Part shown: positions 58,969 to 64,000 of the stretch, piece by piece | How positions within the stretch are numbered: the first letter of the stretch is position 1 | Layout of the letters: every line of letters starts with the position of its first letter | Source of the DNA: Pleionea sp. | GTDB lineage: Bacteria > Pseudomonadota > Gammaproteobacteria > Enterobacterales > Kangiellaceae | Assembly: GCA_052032335.1 (NCBI GenBank) | Contig: JBPEWV010000145.1 | Coordinates: 6,842 to 70,841, forward strand | Length of the DNA: 64,000 nucleotides | Direction: 5' to 3' | Translations under genes and position numbers: made by a program | Notes under the pieces: model-generated | What the model saw: only the letters and a program-made list of their open reading frames with translations | What the model was told of the DNA's origin: nothing | Databases searched by the model: none

Positions 58969-58982
58969 TTGACATGGATCAG
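58969..58982. promoter_or_regulatory. FNR-like box upstream of the uspE pair
   Basis: TTGAC-ATGG-ATCAG, about 78 bp upstream of the uspE start. Confidence 0.6.
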
Positions 58983-59157
58983 TCTATCTCTAAATCGAGT
59001 GCAATCGAGACATGGCAGCCATTGTCGAGTGCCAAATCCAGAGAGCTTTTGAGTCGGGTGCCAGCAATCAGATGCCTTTAGTTCGTTTTTCGCTTCTCGA
59101 TGGGTATAATCTTCCAGTTAAATTAATTAGAACAATACTTTTTAGGTTGGGGATGTC

Positions 59158-61275
59158 ATGAACAGGATGCAATGGGCTGCTGTGTTTTTGCTGGGGCTGG
59201 TTTCGGGGTGCAATCAGAACAGTGCCGAACCGGACCAACAAATTCAGGTCGAGACAGCGGCAAAAAAAGAATCGGTTTGCAAAAGCACAACGGTCAGCCC
59301 TGACGTTCGAAAAACTCAAAGCTCCGACTCCGGGCTTGTTTTAGAACATTTTGATCGGACGGTTCGGCCACAAGATGACCTGTACCGTTTTGCTAATGGC
59401 AACTGGTTAGCGAAAAATCAGATACCGGACGATCGCTCCAACTTCGGTGTGTTTTCCGCTCTGATTGAACAAGCCGAAACAGATTTATGTTCAATTATCG
59501 AGTCTGTCGCAAACGACGTGTCGTTGCAAACTGGATCCCCGGAACAAAAGGTTGCTGATTTATACAATAGCGTATTAGACACCGAGATCTTAAATCAACG
59601 GGGCATCAAACCGCTTAGACCATATATTGATGAAATACGGGCGATTAATAACAAGAAGGCGTTGGCTCAATACTTCGCTATAGTCGCCAAGCGTGGCGCA
59701 TCGTCGCCTATCGCTATTTACATCAATAACGATGCCAAAAAGCCAACCGAATATATTTTGTATATGACGCAGTCTGGATTAGGGCTGCCGAATAAAAACT
59801 ATTATTTAGACACCAGTCCGAATATGCAACGAATTCGAAATGCTTATGTGAAACACATGAGTCGCATGTTCGAGTGGGTATTGGGCCATGCGGATGAACC
59901 CAAAGCGCAATCCATACTTCAACTGGAATCATCACTCGCTGAAATACATTGGAATCAAGATGACAATCGAAACAGTGAAAAAACATATAATAAAAGAACA
60001 ACACAGGAATTGGTCAATCTGGCAAATGATTTTAGTTGGCACCATTTTTTTCAAGGACTCGGAGTCGAACAGTCGCAACAGCTCATCGTTCGACAACCAA
60101 GCTATATTTCAGAGTTTAATGAAATCTTTAAGCAAACTTCATTAGACGACTGGAAAGACTATTTAACCTGGCATCTGATTTCGGGAAATGCCGGACTGCT
60201 CAGCGAACTTGTCGATCAGGAAAACTTTTCATTTTACGGGAAAGTGTTGCAAGGTACGCTGCAACAACCGCCACGGTGGAAGCGAGGCGTAGACGCTGTA
60301 AAAAATTTGTTGGGAGAGGTAGTGGGCAAGGTTTATGTCAAAAAGCAGTTCAAGCCTGAAGCGAAGCAACGCGTATTGACAATGATCGAAAACCTTCGCG
60401 AAGCGTATCGTCAGAGTATCGTTGAACTCGACTGGATGAGTGATAAAACAAAACAGCAGGCGTTGGATAAACTCGATAAGTTTCGCGCTAAAGTCGGTTA
60501 TCCTGATAAATGGCGTGACTATAGCGGCTTAAGGATTGAATCCGGAAAGTTACTCGAAAACTATATGGTTGCCCGGGCATTCAATTTTGATCTGCACTTA
60601 TCCAAGATGGGCCAGTCAGTTGATCGTGATGAATGGTTTATGACACCTCAAACGGTTAACGCTTATTACAACCCGGTGATGAATGAAATAGTGTTTCCCG
60701 CAGCAATATTACAACCGCCATTTTTCTCGATGGCAGCAGACGATGCCGTCAACTACGGTGGTATTGGTGCGGTCATTGGTCACGAAATGGGCCATGGTTT
60801 TGATGATCAGGGAGCGACTTACGATGGCGACGGGGTTCTGCGAGATTGGTGGAGGGCTCCCGATAAACAAGCGTTTGGCAACCGAGCGCAACAACTTATC
60901 GAACAATACAATCAATTCGAAGTATTGCCGGGTGTGTTCGTTGATGGCGCCTATACTCTGAGTGAAAATATCGGTGATCTGGGAGGGCTTTCGGTAGCCT
61001 ACAAGGCCTATCAACTGTCGTTAAACAGTAACAGCGCTCCGCAGTTAGACGGCTTTTCTGGTGAGCAACGATTCTTTTTAGCTTGGGCACAGATTTGGGC
61101 TCGACAGTATCGTGAAGCCGAGTTACGGCGTCGTATTAATGTCGATCCGCATGCGCCGGGTGAATATCGCACCAATGGTGTGGTGCGCAATATGTCGGAA
61201 TTTATGTCGGCGTTTGATCTTCAACCCGGTGACAAGTTGTATTTACCACCAGAGAAGCGGATTCAAATCTGGTAA
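59158..61275 (+). CDS. M13 family zinc metallopeptidase lipoprotein (PepO/neprilysin-like)
   Basis: Lipobox VSGC; RPQDDLY, VNAYY, GHEMGHGFD (HExxH), ENIGD and HAPGEYR. Confidence 0.95.
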   Translation: MNRMQWAAVFLLGLVSGCNQNSAEPDQQIQVETAAKKESVCKSTTVSPDVRKTQSSDSGLVLEHFDRTVRPQDDLYRFANGNWLAKNQIPDDRSNFGVFSALIEQAETDLCSIIESVANDVSLQTGSPEQKVADLYNSVLDTEILNQRGIKPLRPYIDEIRAINNKKALAQYFAIVAKRGASSPIAIYINNDAKKPTEYILYMTQSGLGLPNKNYYLDTSPNMQRIRNAYVKHMSRMFEWVLGHADEPKAQSILQLESSLAEIHWNQDDNRNSEKTYNKRTTQELVNLANDFSWHHFFQGLGVEQSQQLIVRQPSYISEFNEIFKQTSLDDWKDYLTWHLISGNAGLLSELVDQENFSFYGKVLQGTLQQPPRWKRGVDAVKNLLGEVVGKVYVKKQFKPEAKQRVLTMIENLREAYRQSIVELDWMSDKTKQQALDKLDKFRAKVGYPDKWRDYSGLRIESGKLLENYMVARAFNFDLHLSKMGQSVDRDEWFMTPQTVNAYYNPVMNEIVFPAAILQPPFFSMAADDAVNYGGIGAVIGHEMGHGFDDQGATYDGDGVLRDWWRAPDKQAFGNRAQQLIEQYNQFEVLPGVFVDGAYTLSENIGDLGGLSVAYKAYQLSLNSNSAPQLDGFSGEQRFFLAWAQIWARQYREAELRRRINVDPHAPGEYRTNGVVRNMSEFMSAFDLQPGDKLYLPPEKRIQIW

Positions 61276-61448
61276 GTTGATTGGATTTAGGTCGCGAGTG
61301 TTTTGACGTTAGCTATCTCAACCTGTTCGTTGACCTTTTTTCGGAACGACCTATAATCGATGGTCCATGAGTCAATGAAATGCGTTAACCCGCGCTTTTT
61401 CTCATGACTTGTTTGGAATTAAATATATTAAAAAACGGAGATAATATT

Positions 61449-61925
61449 TTGAAGAAATTGATTGTGTTAACTATTGCCGCTTTTGTTGCTTCGGCTGCAC
61501 AGGCACAGACTCAAATCACTGAAAAAGATATCAAACAAATTACCGATAAAATCGATCAAGTGGTAGTGACCAAAGATCTCGCTGTTTTAAAACAGTACCT
61601 TCATCCCTCAGCTGAAATTATTGTTGATATGGATCCTGCACCAAACACCGGACAACAGCAGATTACCTATGAGCAATACATGCAAGTGATGCAAATGGGA
61701 TTACAGGCGATAGAAAAGGCCGATGTTAAAACGGAAATTTTAAGTCTGACAATTAACGACGAAAAAACGGAAGCAATGGTGGAACAGGAAACCACGGCAA
61801 CCATGTTCGTGATGGGGCAGACCATCAAAGACGTTTCTCGGGCGAAAGTGAAGTACGGGATTATAAACGGTCAGATAAAAGTGTTGATGTCAAAAAACGA
61901 AACCGTTAGTTCTACCAAACTGTAA
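61449..61925 (+). CDS. Exported hypothetical protein, possibly NTF2-like fold (TTG start after GGAG)
   Basis: Signal peptide AAQA|Q and an alpha+beta pattern (D...L..YLHP.A.I) typical of NTF2/DUF4440-like proteins. Confidence 0.55.
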   Translation: MKKLIVLTIAAFVASAAQAQTQITEKDIKQITDKIDQVVVTKDLAVLKQYLHPSAEIIVDMDPAPNTGQQQITYEQYMQVMQMGLQAIEKADVKTEILSLTINDEKTEAMVEQETTATMFVMGQTIKDVSRAKVKYGIINGQIKVLMSKNETVSSTKL

Positions 61926-61955
61926 TCGATATGGGCAGGCTGAAAAACGCCTGTC

Positions 61956-62375
61956 TTATTGTTCCAATATTTTTATGGTGAATTTTACAAAGTCGCCAGA
62001 GGTTAAAATTCCCACGACTTTAAAATCATCCACCACGGCAATACAACCGTGTCGATTTTTACGGAAAAATTTTGCAGCGTCGATTAGTGGTGTTTCAGGG
62101 GCAACGGTTATTGCCTTGGTGTCTAACACATCCGCTATGGTCTGATCTTTTTCGATAGTTTCTAATTGATCCAGGCCTTTGCTGTTAATTACTTCAATGG
62201 CGTTGGATAACACGGCTTTTTGAGTGAGAACGCCTTCGAAATTGTCGGTTTCTGCATTGACCACAGGGATATGTCGGATACCGTATTCTCGCATGGTCGA
62301 ACGCCCGATAAATAAACTGTCGGTGTCTTTCAGGCAAACCGGATCGATGGTCATAAAGTCAGCAACTCGATACAT
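61956..62375 (-). CDS. CBS domain pair protein
   Basis: VADFMT..PV, IRHIPVV, HGCIAVVD and VVGILTSGDF. Confidence 0.9.
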   Translation of the reverse strand: MYRVADFMTIDPVCLKDTDSLFIGRSTMREYGIRHIPVVNAETDNFEGVLTQKAVLSNAIEVINSKGLDQLETIEKDQTIADVLDTKAITVAPETPLIDAAKFFRKNRHGCIAVVDDFKVVGILTSGDFVKFTIKILEQ

Positions 62376-62445
62376 AAGCTTTTCACCCGTCGTTTAAATG
62401 AAATCCTACCTTTACTTATAGATCGTCCGTGGGTCGAAGACAAAT

Positions 62446-62470
62446 AAAAAAGCCCGCACTAGGGCGGGCT
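62446..62470 (-). terminator. Intrinsic terminator after the YfcC gene
   Basis: AGCCCGC/GCGGGCT stem followed by T5-6 on the minus strand. Confidence 0.85.
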
Positions 62471-62491
62471 CAGTTTAACTAAGTGGCAGTT

Positions 62492-63874
62492 TTACTGATA
62501 TCCGATAAGAACAGCAATAACCAAAGAAATAGAACCTGCGACCAGCAATTTTAGAACCAGCGGCGCAATAAAACGGAACCATTTACCGTAAGGAATACCA
62601 CACATACCCAAAATGCCCATTAAAACAGCATTGGTCGGAACGATCATATTCATAAATCCATCACCCATTTGAAACGCCAATACGGCAACCTGACGAGACA
62701 CGCCGACAATATCGGCTATAGGCGCCATTATCGGCATGGTGACATAGGCCTGCCCGGAACCTGAGGGAATAAAGAAGTTTAAAACACTTTGAATGAATAA
62801 CATGCCAACAGCCGAAGCTTCCGCACCTACGCTGGACAACGGTGTGGCGAGTCCGTTGACAACCGTGTGCAATACCTGGCCATCACTGAGTAGCATTTCA
62901 ATGCTGCGCGCGAAACCGATGAGCAGTGCGGTGCCGGTCAGTTCCGACGCGCCAATGGTAAAGGTTTTCGCTGTGTCATCCAGAGAGGTGCCACTGATTA
63001 GCGAGGTAATAATCGCAAGTACCAGAAAAATGGCGCCCAGCTCGATGAAATACCAATGAAACTCGGCAATACCGTAAACAATAACAACCAACGCAACCAG
63101 AGTGATCAGCAAAATTGCCATGCGCTGTTTGGTCATGACCGGGTAGTCGGTTGGCTCAGGAGGCTGAGCTTCCGAAATACCGTGAACCAGGCTATTGGTC
63201 GGATCGAGTCGAACCTTAGCCGCATACTTCCATAAGTGATGAAAACCGATGATCAAAAAGGGCACAAACAATACCACACGGAACCACCAGCCCGAGGTGG
63301 GCGGCACTTCGGCAACATTCTGCGCTACAAGAACGGTAAATGGATTTAAAATCGCCGTCCCGTAGCCAAGGCCGTAGCCAATAACCATCGAGCCGACAGC
63401 AGAAATGGTATCCATTTTCAGGGCAACACAGAGTGAAATAAGAATCAGAACCAGCGGAATGTATTCTTCAGCCATACCGATGGTCGTCGAACCCAACATA
63501 AAGGCCAACATACTCATAAACAACAGCAGAGCGGGGCGGTGCGAAAAGCGGTTCAATACTTTCCCTAACAATGCATCGATGGCGCCGGTTGAGCGTAAAA
63601 CGGCAATCGAGCCTCCTATAATAAGCAGGAAAAAGATAATGCCCTGGGCTTCTCCCATAGCCTTGGGAACCACAGTAAACAAATCCCAGATAGGGAGATG
63701 TTTTTGTTCTTCCAGTACTTGGTAAGTCCCGGGTACAACGACTTGGTTGCCATTGGCGTTGGTGGTCATTTCAAAAGAACCGGCGGGCAATATCCAGGTC
63801 AGGATATACGCCAGAACCATCATGGAGAAGAGTAAAACGAGAGTGTGTGGGACTTTAAGTGTTTTCATTGTCAT
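62492..63874 (-). CDS. YfcC/DcuC-like (ArcD-related) transporter
   Basis: VPHTLVLLF...TWILPAG, NPFTV..AQ, FFIPSGSGQA..TMPIMAP and FQMGDG. Confidence 0.9.
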   Translation of the reverse strand: MTMKTLKVPHTLVLLFSMMVLAYILTWILPAGSFEMTTNANGNQVVVPGTYQVLEEQKHLPIWDLFTVVPKAMGEAQGIIFFLLIIGGSIAVLRSTGAIDALLGKVLNRFSHRPALLLFMSMLAFMLGSTTIGMAEEYIPLVLILISLCVALKMDTISAVGSMVIGYGLGYGTAILNPFTVLVAQNVAEVPPTSGWWFRVVLFVPFLIIGFHHLWKYAAKVRLDPTNSLVHGISEAQPPEPTDYPVMTKQRMAILLITLVALVVIVYGIAEFHWYFIELGAIFLVLAIITSLISGTSLDDTAKTFTIGASELTGTALLIGFARSIEMLLSDGQVLHTVVNGLATPLSSVGAEASAVGMLFIQSVLNFFIPSGSGQAYVTMPIMAPIADIVGVSRQVAVLAFQMGDGFMNMIVPTNAVLMGILGMCGIPYGKWFRFIAPLVLKLLVAGSISLVIAVLIGYQ

Positions 63875-64000
63875 GTCTTGGTTTTGTTATTTGATGGCAA
63901 TTTTATCGCATTTTATCTGAAAAAAACTCGGCAATTTTGCCGGTTTTAATCGGGAGAACGATTCAGTGCACATTTTGCATTGATTTGCTGATGACGGGTG

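Noticed and set aside
1-64000. CRISPR arrays, IS elements, integrases, prophage genes and rRNA/tRNA genes
   Set aside because: No regularly spaced repeats, transposase or integrase motifs, or structural RNA signatures were seen by eye.

Overview
A 64-kb chromosomal segment from a marine-type gammaproteobacterium. Gene order and the many exported peptidases and hydrolases suggest a Kangiella/Pleionea-like organism, but this is inference. Most of the window is core genome: the mutT 3' end, yacG-zapD-coaE-pilDCB, pilA, nadC, DUF1631-ampD-ampE, aceEF-lpdA, hemN-fnr, a complete cbb3 oxidase locus (ccoNOQP-GHIS) followed by pdxH, two Hsp20 genes, a YbdL-like aminotransferase with an omega-amidase, folX-folM-folE, two uspE paralogues, an M13 peptidase, a CBS protein and a YfcC transporter. 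No rRNA, tRNA, CRISPR array or mobile element was seen. The strongest candidate for an undescribed system is an AT-rich four-gene cassette between pilA and pilB. It encodes a TMTC-like GT-C/TPR transferase, a polyprenol-phosphate GT2, a SAM methyltransferase and a flippase-like protein, which together look like a self-contained pilin glycosylation system that may add a methylated sugar. Other notable items are an Asp/Asn beta-hydroxylase with a 7-Cys tail paired with a sulfotransferase, an HDOD-PP2C fusion, an exported amidohydrolase pair in which only one of three domains keeps its metal ligands, a modular surface lipoprotein with a CILP/FAM171-like segment, and a DUF2982-like gene coupled inside the cco maturation operon. 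All family calls come from motif recognition by eye; no database search was run.
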